Positions 20,232 to 34,600 of a stretch of DNA of 64,000 nucleotides are shown here, piece by piece; the stretch's first letter is position 1, and every line of letters begins with the position of its first letter. Position numbers and translations under genes: made by a program. The stretch spans positions 26,412,001 through 26,476,000 of the forward strand of contig CM022670.1 of assembly GCA_012295275.1 (NCBI GenBank), given 5' to 3'. The DNA comes from Chrysomallon squamiferum. Lineage: Eukaryota; Animalia; Mollusca. Below the pieces are notes generated by a model that worked only from the letters and a program-made list of their open reading frames with translations, searched no databases and had not been told where the DNA came from.

Positions 20232-21023
20232 TTTTTTTTTTTTTTGTTTTTTTGTTATTTGTTGGTTGTTTTTTTTTTTGACTTCAAATCTTTTTTGTTT
20301 TTTTTTTACATTTGTTGTTATTTATTTTTTTTTATTTTTTTAATTTGTTGAGGTCTTAAAATGATCTTCGACTGGACACTTTTTAATGTTTGAAAAAAAT
20401 GAACACATTAGAGTGAATTCCTAATGATAAATTCATCTGATGCAATTTCATCTGATACACTAACAAAAAAAAATTAAAATTAAAAAATTAAAAATCTACA
20501 GAGATTTATAATGAATTTGTCTTTGTGAATGGGATGAATTAATCGATAAGAATAATGTAAACACTTTTTAAATGATTCAGCCCACAATATTTTGTATTCA
20601 AAATAAACCGATTACTATGTACATCATGTATAAAAGTAAAATAAATAAATAAGTTGTAAACAATAGATATAAAATTAACAACATGATAGAATTTTTGTTT
20701 CAGTAAATAGGTGGAATTATCAAATCATCATGATTATTATTATTATTATTGATTTTCTTTTTAGTCCGTTACAGCTGACCTTTTCTTTTCGAGTCCGTAA
20801 CAGTGCTGACCAGTTCAAATTATGATGAAACAGTGCTGACGTTGACGCTGCTGTTGATGATGAAGATGACGATAATATTCCATGTAATGAATACAAATCT
20901 CACGATCAGTAACAGGACTTCCATAAACAGAGCAAAAATATAGAGCCACACATATGTGACCATAACGTTATACAAGAAAATTACTCTGGTTCAAAATGTT
21001 ACAAATTTACTACTAAACAGTCA

Positions 21024-21901
21024 TTAACGAGGACTTGCTTTCACTCGCACCATGTGAAGCTCGTGACAGCCGTAACGGACCATTCCAAATTTAGATTTGA
21101 ATTTAGACCACTTGTTTTGATGCGTTTTAAATATTCTAAAACCTTCGTCGTGTATCTGCTGCAGCAACTGGACTCCCAGCTCGTACCTCGCTAAATCTGG
21201 CTCTTTGTCTCCCGAGGTAAAGATGCTCAAGTGTATTTCAAACACAAACTGAGTGACGTTTTGAGTGCCCCGCTATTTATCATTTCTGGAAGAGCCAAAA
21301 GTTCTGACTTTTCTATATCCATCTTTAACAGACGAAGTTCAGCCTATAATAAAATAAAATCAATGAAATAAATAGAAAAATGTAAAAAAAATAATAATAA
21401 TAAACAAATAGAATTTTTTTTTTAGAAAATAAATAAATAAATAGAAAATTTAAAATAAATTAAACTTAACAAAAAGGAAAATTTAAAATAAGAAAACTAA
21501 CATTACTTATTGTTGTTATTGTTGTTAATGTTACTACCACTGTTACTGTTGATGCTGCGAACATCTATACCATCGTCGTCATTATTTTATTTATGTATTT
21601 ATTTTTTCATTCGTTCATTGATGATACTACTTACTACTATAACCATCAGCCTTATCTTTATCACTATAATAATTATTACATCTTAATACAAAACAGTCCC
21701 TGTAGCAGCAGTAACAGGAACAATAGTAATAGTATTACAATACACAAATATATTACTTTACAGAGAGATTGCATTTTATACATGAATTTTAAACATATAT
21801 AAAAGAAACGACTATCAGAAAATAAAATTAATTTTTAGATCCATCTCGAAGGCTAAAGTACTTCCTACGTAGACTCGTATTATTTTGAAACTGTTATTTT
21901 A

Positions 21902-21965
<64 letters not shown>

Positions 21966-24844
21966 TTATTATTTAAGCTGAAAAGTACACATGTATATGG
22001 CTAATTCAGGTAAACAGAAAATGATGAAAAATAATAAAATACCTGTGAGTGGCCTAACTTTTTCCTGATTCCCGCCAACGTGTTTAGTTTCCACCCCATG
22101 GAATTGGTGTATTCTCTTTCTGCAAGACCTAATTTATAGAAGTGAATCAAATCTGATCTGTTGTGGTCGTTCTGCTTCATGCTGAAACATAATGTTAGAA
22201 ATTAATTTTTCTTAACTTACTGGAAAAAAGAATAAAACAATAAAACAATTTCAGAATATTTTAGAATGACCAATAAATCAAGTTTCGACAAGATATCACT
22301 GCCAAAAACAAGCGGATAAAAAAATAAAAATAAAAATAAAAATTAAATTAAATTAAAATAAAAACAAATCACGAATATGATTTGTAGTTAAAAGATTCAG
22401 TAGGAACTAAACCCTGAAGACTGTCTCCAGCCTTCGTCTTATCAATAAGGATGTTTACTACTTTCTTTTCTGTTTTGTTTTTAAGTTTTTAATTTTTTTT
22501 AAATAATAACTCACCTGGGATCAAAGGCATAAACATGACAGCCATACTTTTTAGAGACAGCATCGTCAAATGACCAGTCATTATTAATTCTGAAAGAGAT
22601 AAAACATACACTACAGAGATTACATTACATAGATTACATTACACAGATTACATTCTATAGATTACATATATCACGGACTATATATTATATTACATTACAA
22701 ACATTATATAAGATTGTATTGCATGACATAACATAACATTAGATTACATGAAATTATACAACATTTCATTACGTTATACACATATACACATGGACGTACA
22801 CACACATATACATACACATACACATATATCCATGCATTCGCAAGCGAGCATGCACACATTGATAAATTCATCCATGCATATATACATACGTACATAAAGT
22901 ACGCCTATCCTGGGACAGACAGAGAGATGAAAGCGATGCAGTGAAAGAGAGACAGAGAATTAGAGAGTGAACTAGCCTTGCAGTCTGACACTAGTGAACA
23001 CACAAACAAGTCCCTATTTAGTATTTTCATGGACAGAAGTACAAGCACGTGTCGAAACACGTACCGTGCATTATTTATACAGAGAAATACAAAACAACTG
23101 ACCCAAAGGAATATATAATACACGGCGGTTTTGGTGTGTATTGTTGATCATCGCATATGTCCCATCCACCATCAACTTCGTTACCAAGATGAATAATCTT
23201 TTCACAACCAATCTGCACAGAGTTGACCATTCTGAAAGCCATTGTATTTATTACATTACTTCTTTTTACTTTTTTTTTTTTTTTTTTTTGCTATTGTTTA
23301 TTTGACGTTGCAGGGCACAGGACTGTACAGTGTGCTTAACAACAAAAACAGGAAACAGATGTTTGCACTAAAGATCTATTTATATATTTATATTTCCGTT
23401 CAGCTGTGTGTATATTTATATGTCTCTCTGTGTGTCTTTCTTTATCAATTTACTTATCTGTCTGTCAATGTAGTATGACTATCTGTCTATCTACCTGTCC
23501 TGTCTGTTTATATGTCAGTGTTTGTTTTGTTTTGTTGTTGTTTTGTTGTTGATGGTTATGACGAAAATTATGATAATGATGATATTTACGACGATGATTT
23601 TGATCAGGATGATTATTATTTCAGAGATTTTTTTACGTTCATCAAATACTCACTGATGATACTTAGTTGCCATGTCCGCCCATTTTTCTTGCGGATTTGT
23701 TGCGTTCGATTTCATTTGCATATTTGTTACACCGGTACAGTCACATTTCTATTAAGGAAAAGAAGGAAATACATAACTTATCAAAGTTTGTGAAGTGTAT
23801 AGGTATGTGAGTGTTTCTTCCTGAGACTGAATAACAGGAAAGAATTAGACATAACTACGAGAACATGTACAATAATCAGTGAAAGAATATAAGCTCCAGT
23901 AATATATGATTTCTTTAAAAACATTTCTAAAATGTGCTGTTAGATATCTGTGTGTATGTATGTATGTATGTATGTATGTATGTATGTATGTATGTATGTA
24001 TGTATGTATGTATGTATGTATGTGTGTATATATGTATGTATGTATCTATCTATCTATCTATCTATTTATCTATCGATGTGTGTTTTTCTCTATCAGTATA
24101 TCAATTTACTTCTTCTCTTTCAGCAAGACCTAGTTTATAGAAGTGAAACAAAGCTGATCTGTTGTCATCGTTCTGCTTCATCAGTTAATTTCTGTTAATG
24201 TAATATGACTATCTATCTATTTATCTATCTGTTCTGCCTGTGTATCTGTTGTTGCTGTTATTGTTGTTTTACGTGTGTGTGTAACTCGACATCTTTACGT
24301 ATATGTAATATAGTGTTTTGGTTTCAGAATGTTTTGCGATTGTTGTTTGTATTACTTCTTGTTGCATGTTTTAGACAAAACAACTGATATTGTGAACAGA
24401 ATCTCTAAAGCATACTTTTGTCGATTAGCAACAAGGATATTATTGCCTACACTTTTTCCGAACTTTTGAAAGTTCATATTATTTCTTAAACCTCAATCGA
24501 TGGTAAGTGGAATGTTACCAAATCGATTGTGTGCTCTAATCGATGGTAACATACCATATTACCTATACATCTCCAAACAAGGTTTATTACTAATTCACAG
24601 AGACTGGTTAAGATGAGCTATTCAGAGTTATAAAACTTGTGTAAAATAGTGTCAGTTCTTATACGCCCTGAATGTAAATAAAGTGGGGTTCGGTCAGAAG
24701 AATAAAACGTTTTACCTTTTCTATGACAACCACTTCTGGCTCTCTCAGTTTGTTGATCCAGACGAGGCAGACGAAGACAAAACAGAACGTAAAAATCAAC
24801 CCAATGAAGCGGACTTGGGTTTTGGCAATATCTAATCTAAACAT
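21024..24844 (-). pseudogene. METTL24: Gene D: duplicate of gene B with a 1-bp deletion in the last exon (real pseudogene or assembly error)
   Basis: Exons 24844-24716, 23748-23654, 23231-23103, 22589-22515, 22181-22043, 21343-21024. The last exon is 320 nt versus 321 in B (gacgttttgag versus gacgtctttgag at ~21260), giving ...GALKTSLSLCLKYT*. Confidence 0.8.
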
Positions 24845-24917
24845 CTCTGTTTGTTTGCACACTCTGATTTTGCACAATCCGGAGAAGGCCGCTGATTTAA
24901 AACAGAAAGAAGTAATT

Positions 24918-25280
<363 letters not shown>

Positions 25281-25321
25281 TAATAAAAATCTAACAGCTA
25301 AAACAATGATAATAGTGTTTT

Positions 25322-27010
25322 AGATCCAGTCTCTTTATAAACGGACTGAATATCCTCTGTGGTAGTGTGCAGTTATCAAAGTGGCACCCGTCTCTGAACC
25401 GATCCGTATAACAATTCGCTGAGAGAAAATACTTTCCATTGCCTACAAGTACAACTGATGATATTCTTTTTGATGATGTTATGTCTTTACTGGATGTGGT
25501 CCTAGATGAAGAATTCAGTTTCCTATTTACATTCTCAACGTGGTTTTTCTTGTTACTCGTGTAAAAGGTGTGAGACATTTTTCCAGCATCTGAAGAATTC
25601 CAGCAAAGAAAACAAGAAGCACTAAAAAGCTTGGCAGGTATTGTCATAATGTTAGCTGATCACATATTACTTACATTATGCAGTGGACGAAGCTGAACAT
25701 GGTCGCAAATTAATCCCGAAAAGTGCTAAGGGAAAAAGATTTTCCACTCAGCAAAAACAATGCAAAATAAAAAAAAAAAAGATTTCAAACAGACATGAGG
25801 TGTATGGGACAAACACTAATTATCTGAAACCTGATCCAGCTAAGATCGAGACAATTATTGTCATGCCACTGTCTATTGAAAAGCAAGAAATGCAGCTCGT
25901 GATTGGTATGGTGAACTACGCTGAAAAGTCTGCTCCACAACTATTAACATTCACAACTCCGATTCGAAAAAAAAAATGTAAATTATTGTTAGGTTGAAGA
26001 TATCCATGGAAAGGACTTCGGACAACAGAGAGAAATTCTGTCAAAAACTCCAGTACTTGATAACTTTGAAAATAATAAAACAGTTATTTTATAGTCTGAT
26101 GCAAGCCAGTATCTTGAGCAAAATGTAAATCCAGTTATATATAATATATATGTGTGTGTGTCGCGTCCTTTCAAAACAACAGTTTATTTATGACCACAAA
26201 TTTCTAGTCTCCGTCGTCAAGAAAAGTTTGTTAAGTGCACCTAAGATACTCCAAAGACTGTTGCTTAGATTACAAAACTTTGACTTTGATCTAGCGTGTA
26301 AGAAGTTTAGAAATAAATACAATGGTAAAAATAATGAAAGATACAATAGTTTGTGGCTGGCCAAAGCCAAAACTGGAAATGAAACATCAGAATACTTCAA
26401 AATCCGAGATGAATTAACAGTGCAAAATGGACTTTTTTTGGTGAAAGGAGATGCCACTGTAGTCCCATCAGCAGTGCTTCAGAGAATCAAAGAAATATTT
26501 CACCAAAGTCTTATCAGAATCGATGGGCAAGTGAAGTGATATACTGTCCAAAGATAAATAAATAAATTGAAGAATCTATTTCCAAATGGCCTGATCAAAA
26601 ACGTCAGCCATGCCGAAAAGTAAACATGGATCTTTTTGAAACTGATGGTTGTCGTAATCTAGTCATTGTTGATCACTATTCTTATTTCTTTGAAACTGAT
26701 AAACTAGTTAAAACCCTGATCCACTCATTGATAAACTAGACTACAACACTATAATAGAAATAGTGAAGAGTTCTTTAGCACAATGCTACTGCCTACAGCT
26801 CACCGTCTATTAAATCCAGAAATAGTGAAGGATGTGAAAGAAAAACTGTATTGCCGCAAAGAAACACAAGCCAGATATTACGCGAGAGCAAAACGCCAGG
26901 TGAACTTCTGACAATACAACCAATGAAAAGGAGAACGTGATGTTGACAAACTGATATAAAGTAGAATATATGACAGAGCAACCAAGAGCAAATACACCAG
27001 CAAAACGTCG
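25322..27010 (+). mobile_element. Decayed Ty3/Gypsy LTR-retrotransposon pol remnant (RT-RNase H-integrase order)
   Basis: Broken peptides in Gypsy order: SSASEEFQQR (RT), LKPDPAKIETIIVMP...IGMVNYAEKSAPQL, KTPVLDNF...SDASQY and DHKFLVSVVKKSLLSAPKILQRLLLRLQNFD (RNase H), RDELTVQNGLFLVKG..VVP, MDLFETDGCRNLVIVDHYSYFFE (integrase). Many stops, frameshifts and deletions; no LTR pair recognised. Confidence 0.85.
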
Positions 27011-28808
27011 TTCAGTTACGGGTACCAATTCAGGTAAGAACAAAAAGAAACCGTATGATAAACATGGATGGACGCTTGGTGAAAAATATATTGTTACTTG
27101 AAGTGGCAGTGTACTGAAAACCAAATCTGAAGTACGTGCTAAATTAGTTTGTCTTCGTTGTGGGTGTGTTTACGTTTCACATAGTAAAATCATACCCGTC
27201 AGAATAATATCTGGCTTTTTTGTACTAAGGAAGAATAGTCTAACTTTATCCTTTATTTTATTTATTTGAGAAATTTGTTAAATGTAAGATTAAAGAAAAA
27301 AATTGCAATAAAATTATAAAATAAAATAAATAAATAATAATAATAATAATAACAATAATGTTTTAAAAATTAAAAGAAAATAAATTTATTTCAAAAAAAG
27401 ATATTAATTCTATATCTAGGTTGTGTTTGAATGTGAACTGCTAAGAAATGATACTCAAATAATTAAAAAGAGTTGCTTTAAGAGAAAAAAGACATTCAAA
27501 AATGATTATCTCAATTTAAAAAACAAATAAAGGTTTGAAACATATTTGTGTAATGTTGTTTAACTATCGCAAATTAAGTATGTGAGACTACTACTAATTT
27601 GCGACACTGTTATCGATATTTGTGACAAATAAATCGATATATAAATTTAAAAAGAAAAATACTAACATTTATTTAATGGATATGAATGGGGATCATTACT
27701 ATATTTCAAGTATAATGTTTTCTTGAGTATCAAAAATCTTCCTGTATTGTTTGTGTTTCACTGGGCCTAATGACGAAATTAATTTTCAAAATACAATACT
27801 GATTGAGTGTATTTTGGTTTGCTTCAAATATTAATACAACTGTTAGTAAGAACTCGTTCGTGCCAGCGAGTGAAATTTAACTCAAAGTTGTTAAGAAATG
27901 ATTATCGAGACGCTGGTCGATTTTAATCTCATCAGTTAGTTTTGGATACGTTAATTTAGCTCAGAATAACTCAAATATATTAATGACCAGTGCAGTCCAT
28001 GCCGGCGTTGTTACTAACACAACCGTTTTGTTTGTGCTAACAATGATAATTTTATTTTCACTCTTAAGGTGATGACGTAACCACCAAGATGAGTTTAATG
28101 GGTAAATCTTTTAAGACATTTTGAACAAATTTTAGTATTAACTTTTCACTAGAAATCAACAGTAGAACTGTTTCTAACATAACGATAACGATGGTACGAA
28201 AAAGGCAATTTTTACCAGTTTAGTTCGGGTACAAAACAAGGCCGATAATGATCCGTATACTCTGTGGAATGGGTAATAACCCAAGAAACACCGTGAACTG
28301 GACTGATCTTGGGCTACAAGCTCTAAGCTATGTAGGTTATTTCAAAAGAAAATCAAAGAGAACAATGGTTGTTACCGTTGTTGTTTTTTGCTGTGGGCAG
28401 TATCGACAGTTAATGTTGATTTTGAGATTTCGATCGAATGAGATTAAGTAAAAGAACTGTGGTGGATTTCTATCAGTTACGTACATTAAAAAAAAGTGAA
28501 TGACATGACCGGTTCAAAACCAAGCAAGACGATTAAGAAAAGGTCGCCTGCTATGGACATAAAAAGGCTTTCAGTAACTTTTCATTCAAATGGGATTCTG
28601 TTGAGGTCATAGCGATAAAAACATTTTGTTATTATGAGTCACTAGGTGCATTAAAAATATCAAATCGGACTGAAACACACCTCAGAATGACTGTTATTCC
28701 ACTTTACAATTTGTTTATTTCAAACACGCATCCATTTACTAGTTAATAAAATGAGAGAAACAAAGAGGAGGCCAGCTGCTTGAAATATACCAATACAAAC
28801 ATGCATTA

Positions 28809-29353
28809 CAGTATACCCTCACCTGTTCGCGGTTCCCCATTCGCGGGTTAGGCTCTTAACCCTATCGCATTGTGTGCTGGTATACCAGGCTAGCGTCATA
28901 ACGTCATAAAAACAAATGCTCGGTAAACCGGGTTTTTGTAGGTCATAGAGACTTTTCGACCTTTAAGAAACTCATTGAGGAGAAGGGATACAAGCCAGAG
29001 CAGGTCTTCAAAATGACTTTACGGTACAGTAATACAGTATGGGTAACTATGCTATGCGGTGTTACTGTCCTCTTGTACTTACGTTTCTTTCTGATTAAAA
29101 TATTGTTTCAGTACAAAATTAAAATGTGTTTACATTATCATTACTACATTAGTGAAATACATAACTGCATGCAATATTACTACATTATTACTGTATTAAT
29201 GAGTAAGAGTGTCTTTAGAAAGTGTTTGGGAAGCATTTAGTACCGTATATAATCTCATAATAGACGTTTTAAAACTGCATCCAATATTCGCGGTTTTTCG
29301 CTATTCGCGGGGGGGTAAAGAACGTAACCCCCGCGAATAGCGAGGGAATACTG
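28809..29353 (+). mobile_element. Internally deleted Tigger/pogo (Tc1/mariner superfamily) element
   Basis: TA|cagtataccctcacctgttcgcgg ... ccgcgaatagcgagggaatactg|TA: TIRs with a TA target duplication. Internal remnant KKLIEEKGYKPEQVFKM (~28965-29015) resembles the segment preceding the first catalytic Asp of Tigger transposases. Confidence 0.85.
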
Positions 29354-31643
29354 TACTCGTTATTTTAAGGTCCGTTTCGGTAAGATACGATCTTTTAAGC
29401 AGATTCCATGCTTGTGATAAAACAGGCCGGGCAACAACCTGTAATGTGAAGAAATTAGTCTACGATTTCGAGGACATAGTTTGAATAGCTGAGCTATAAG
29501 CATTCAGCATTCATTCTCAAGAAACTACATAATTGTAATTTGTATTTATTCACACATACACGAAATCAGGATCGAGGATTTTTGAAACTAGGTGTACGAC
29601 CAAAAATAAAGAAGTCCCGCAGAAACCAAGCTGTGAAACATAAAACGTGTTTTAGTAAGCCATCCGAGAGTGACGGGTATCTCAAGAAACGTGTTTTTGT
29701 CTTGGTACACTTTTGCTGTCAGCTATTTAAATCACCTTTTACAGAGAGGAAAAAAAAAAGCTGATTTTTCTCTCTGTATGTATGCCTCATTCCGAAATTG
29801 ACGATTTCTTTTCTTCTTTTTATACAAAGATTTTATTTAAAAAATAAAAAATATAAAATGTAGATGTAGAAAACATCCAGACTATAAAATACATTTGAAA
29901 GATTTCCAGTAATGATATGTAGATATAGATATAGATATACATACACACACATACACACATATATATATATATATATTTATAACGTTAACATTTCTAATGT
30001 TATTATTACTTCGTAGTACTGAATATTATTTGTATTGCACTTTGAAATTATTGTGAGTCTTGTACATAATTAGTGATTCAACGAAAATCATCTAAAGATT
30101 GTTTTTGCGTCTCATGGTTACCAGTCGAATACTGTCCGAAAATCAATAAACTCTGGTAATTTATTTATAAGAATAAAATTTAATACATATATATATATAT
30201 ATATATTTAAAATATTACAGGTAAATGAACGAACGAATGAATTAATTAATTAAACATAAATAGCCGATTCATTTACACCAGCAGTAATAATGATCACTAT
30301 ATTGTCCGTTCGTTTTTTCGTTTACCTGTGTATTTATTGATACATTCTTTCTGCCGCTCATTAGCTTACTTTATGAGACCTTAAATTTTAAATTTTAACT
30401 CTCACATTTGTATGTCAGATTGAAAGCGGTTGTTGTTTGTTTATTTACAACATAGTTATTTATGTATAATAATAATAAAAAAACACCAAACTTACCTTTC
30501 AAAATGGCGGCTTTAACTTAAGACTCCAGCCTGGATAGAGTTCTGCATTTAAATAACAAAATAAAATCTATGGTCACGAGAACTGCGCTTTGTTAGAAAG
30601 ATGTCAGGCGGTAGCCGTTGTTCTTTTTCGAATCACTTTCTGAAGAAGTTGTCACGACACAGTCAATGGTTTTTAGCTCTTATTTTTATACACGTTCCAC
30701 CTATCTGTCTAATCTAGCGGCAGACTTCAAAAAACATTCAGCGACCGCTATTGAATATTACGAGAACTACTGGTCATTCATTAATCGCGGTGTATCGACA
30801 AAATATCCAGGTCAACGCACTGAACCGTTTATTACATTCTGCAACTATAACAGTTTGGCAACATTGTTTCCACCGTTTATAGCCGCTTTTTTTATGCCTA
30901 GAGAGAATTTGGAACCGTTTTAAATAGAAAAATGAAAAGAAAATGAGCCGTTGATTTCGCGAACACAGTAATTATGTACATAAAAAATGAAATAGCATTA
31001 TTAAAGTTTTTATAGGGACATGTATTTTTCTCTTGAGACTTGACAGTACTTACACACACAAAGTCATTAAACATTCTTAAATATCAAACGACATTGATGC
31101 ATATTATCGTTTACAAACATGATGAATATCATGCACAATATATAGCTAACTGCAGAAATGCTTACGATAAATGATACTGATACTGTTTCTATTTGTCCAT
31201 ATTATCTAAAACCTTTGACAGTAGTTCAAAGCTCAGTCAAACTTATTTGTAACGCCGACATTACTGCACAACTTGTTTTTGCGTCGTAACTAGTTGATAA
31301 GAGCATTAGTTACTACATGAACCAAAATTCGATACTGTCCCAACAATCTCAGAACACAACCTTGAACCTTGAAAAACATTAACTAATCAGAGCAAGCTGT
31401 TGTGAAGTACGTCTACGACAGTCACGCATTCTGACAGATCAGCGGGCGTGTCCGTCGCAGAAGAACATAACAAAGAATGCGCATTTATATATCCTGTATT
31501 CTTCTCATTTGCTTGTTTCAAACAAAACATGAGAAAGAAGGACATTTGTTTCAAATCGACACGGACCAGTGAATATTGAACCTTGGATTAACCCTCTTTT
31601 TAAATCGACGGGACTATTTTAATGCGAAATTAGGTCAGTCGGG

Positions 31644-34600
31644 TGACAATGACAAAGACTTTATTTTCATAATCTGTAGGATTACAATACAGAGAACACT
31701 GGATTACAGATAATAACAAAGTTAAAATGCACATGCGTGGAAGTGTAACGTGGAGGACATGCTCTCTCATATATAGTTCTTACTAACAAAAAAACAAAAA
31801 TAGCTTTTTTTAATACAAATATATTTTTACTGTTAAACAAATTATTATATGAAATTGTATTTGGATGTCTCGTGTATATATCTGGTTTACCTTTTTTCTC
31901 GTATTTAATAATATAACCATTTAACATTATCAAAATTGTGATATGTCCATATATGTTAAACCTCAGTCATCTAAAATATTTTTTTATAAATTTGTTCCAA
32001 GGAGAATCAATAACATGCATAAAATAATATAGCTGTGAGGAAATTTTGTTTTGGCTTTTGCAAATTAGGTTCCCCAAAAGGTTTTCATTCTTACTTTTAT
32101 AGAAATACAAAGGGGATATCGTCCAAGTTCACCATAGATCATTAAACCAGGGGTACATTTATTAAAACTTAGTAAATACATACAGAATTTCATATGGAAT
32201 CTTTCTGTAAGTTGTATATTTGTAAAACCCCACATTTCACAACCATACAATAAAACTGGCTGTATTAGTTTGTCAAATAAATCAAAAATACAATCGATGG
32301 AGAGATTATTCTGACGACGTTTTGCTATTAGGCTATACATTGCTTTGTTATACAGTTGTTTTACGTTATAAGTGAATAGACCGTTTCTTGTAAAATGTAT
32401 GCCCAAATATTTATAATTATCTACGATATCCACAATCTCTCCATCATATTTAAATATATAATCACTAATTGTTCTCCGTTTACAGAAAATTATTATTTAA
32501 ATTTTATACGTATTAGTTTTAAGTCTGCAGTAATTGTAATAGTAGCAGTATGTTTAATACATTCATTAATAATAAAGTCTTCTCCAGCTGACTGATTACA
32601 CTGCAGTCTGTTTACTGCTCTAGACATTTCCTCGGCTGAAAGAGGCTTGTTCAAAATATCATTAGTAGTTTCTTGGCTTTGAGAAAGTAATTCTTCTGTT
32701 GGTGTTACATGATCAGGCAAAGATTCATCAACATTGCTATTAAGAGTTTTGAAAAAATTAAATAAAGAATCAGTTGACACATCTACTTTTGACCGTCTCT
32801 GCTTATTGCTGTTCAGAACTGACCAGTATTCTTTGGATTAGTAGTTTTTAGTATTTTCATTTTTTGTTTGATAAATGTTCTATATTCCGTGGCAGCTCTG
32901 TTTAACATTTGTTTATACTGATTCTCTTTGTACTTCAAGTCAGCTTTCAGTATACTTCCACCGTATTGTTTATATCTGGCTTTTCTGGCTTCCTTTCTTG
33001 TAGCTTTACAAGCTCCGTTAAACCAGACCTTATTATAAAGCTGATTCTTTATTGTATTATACGTGGATTTCATCCCAAATGTATTTTTAGCTGCAGTTAT
33101 AAATGTAGCATTTATATCAGAGACTATATTATTTATAAATTCGGAATCAACGTTCGTTGACTTGCATTTAATCAATGCTTCTGCTTTTTAAAATTATCGC
33201 AACATTCATGCTTTTTGTCACCGAACACCATTTCCTTGGGACTTCCTTAGAGTTTGATGAACTATCAATTACAGTATTCTCAAGATTTATTTGCGTACGT
33301 AGTTTGATTCATAAAGGCCTGTGACATCTGATAGCAAAGAAGAAAATGGCAGAATAGAAAAGGTTTCTGTTAGGGACAAGAATTTAACATTTGCAATGCA
33401 GTAATCACGACACTAGCATCTTTACAAGTATATTCCCCACATATCTATCTTCACCTACTCTCCCATTCATAATAAACATGTTATTATATCTATAGAAATC
33501 AAGGATAATACGACCATCGTTATTTTTCTTTTTATTCTTTGATGCTCGTTGTTTTAATATATTTAACATCTCAAGTTCAAATACATCATAATGGATTAAA
33601 TCACTATACTCTTTTTATTCAGTAATAATAAAATCATTATCACCAGCTGTTCTACTTGAAGTCACCAATAAGACATCGTGTTATACTTATTAACAAATGA
33701 CAAATAATTATTTTCAAGCTGGTCAAAAGCATCAGATGGTGAAAAGTATGAATTTTCTGGTGGAACATATACAATGCCAATTAAAATATTATCTTTTGTG
33801 TGTAAAACCCCGCCTTCTATGCCTAGCCACATAACATATTTACACTGTGATTCGATAACATTCATATGGTTTAGTAGATAATGTTTCATATATACAACTA
33901 TACCCCCAGATTTACGTTGAGATAAAGAAACTCTGTTTTTATACTTTATAGCCAAGAATTTTAATGTTATCAGCGTCATCTGTTTCTGATTCAGCTAAAC
34001 ATATTATATCATAATTAGTGACGGTTTCAAGATATATAGAATCTCTGAGCTTACTTACCAAATCGCACACATTAATCATCATTATGTTTAAAACATTAGG
34101 GCTTACTTCTTTATAATTTTTGTTTGGGGTACTTTTGCAAAAGAGAGTTTAGAACAGACTTTTCGCTTGGTAAGACTTGCCCTCCATTGTTTTATTGCAC
34201 TGACTAAAATGGCTTGTCTCGGTGAGAGTTTGGATTGTGTTGCTGTCTTGTTCCTGTTGTCTTGTTCCTGTTGGCTGAGTTGTTATGTGTGTGTTACTGG
34301 TTTCTTTCCTAGTCTAAACAGCCTGCCCTCGATATACAGTTTATCACCATTTAAGGTCGCTATTTTTCCTTTCCTTTTTTCTGATTTGTAATGTAGATAT
34401 AGTCATTTTCTCCTATCATTAATTTCTTTCGGGAATTGTTCATTAACCCCGTATGGCTTGTTTATCAATGTTTTGGGTGCAGCTCTTCTCACTATATCTC
34501 TGTCTTTATATAAAACGAATTTAGCAACAAATTTAGTATCTCACTAAAAATTAAAGACAGAGTTTATAGTCATTGTGTTTTTCTCTTAAGTTTCCAAACT

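Larger units (their letters stand above)
16162..24886. repeat. Tandem segmental duplication, copy 2 (genes C and D), lacking ~4.3 kb relative to copy 1
   Basis: At ~17459 the sequence jumps from the equivalent of 4353 (aaatcctact) to the equivalent of ~8686 (attgatta.tgaaacacatt). Confidence 0.93.

Noticed and set aside
30618-30923. 101-aa ORF
   Set aside because: Non-ATG start, no recognisable motif and no supporting splice structure.
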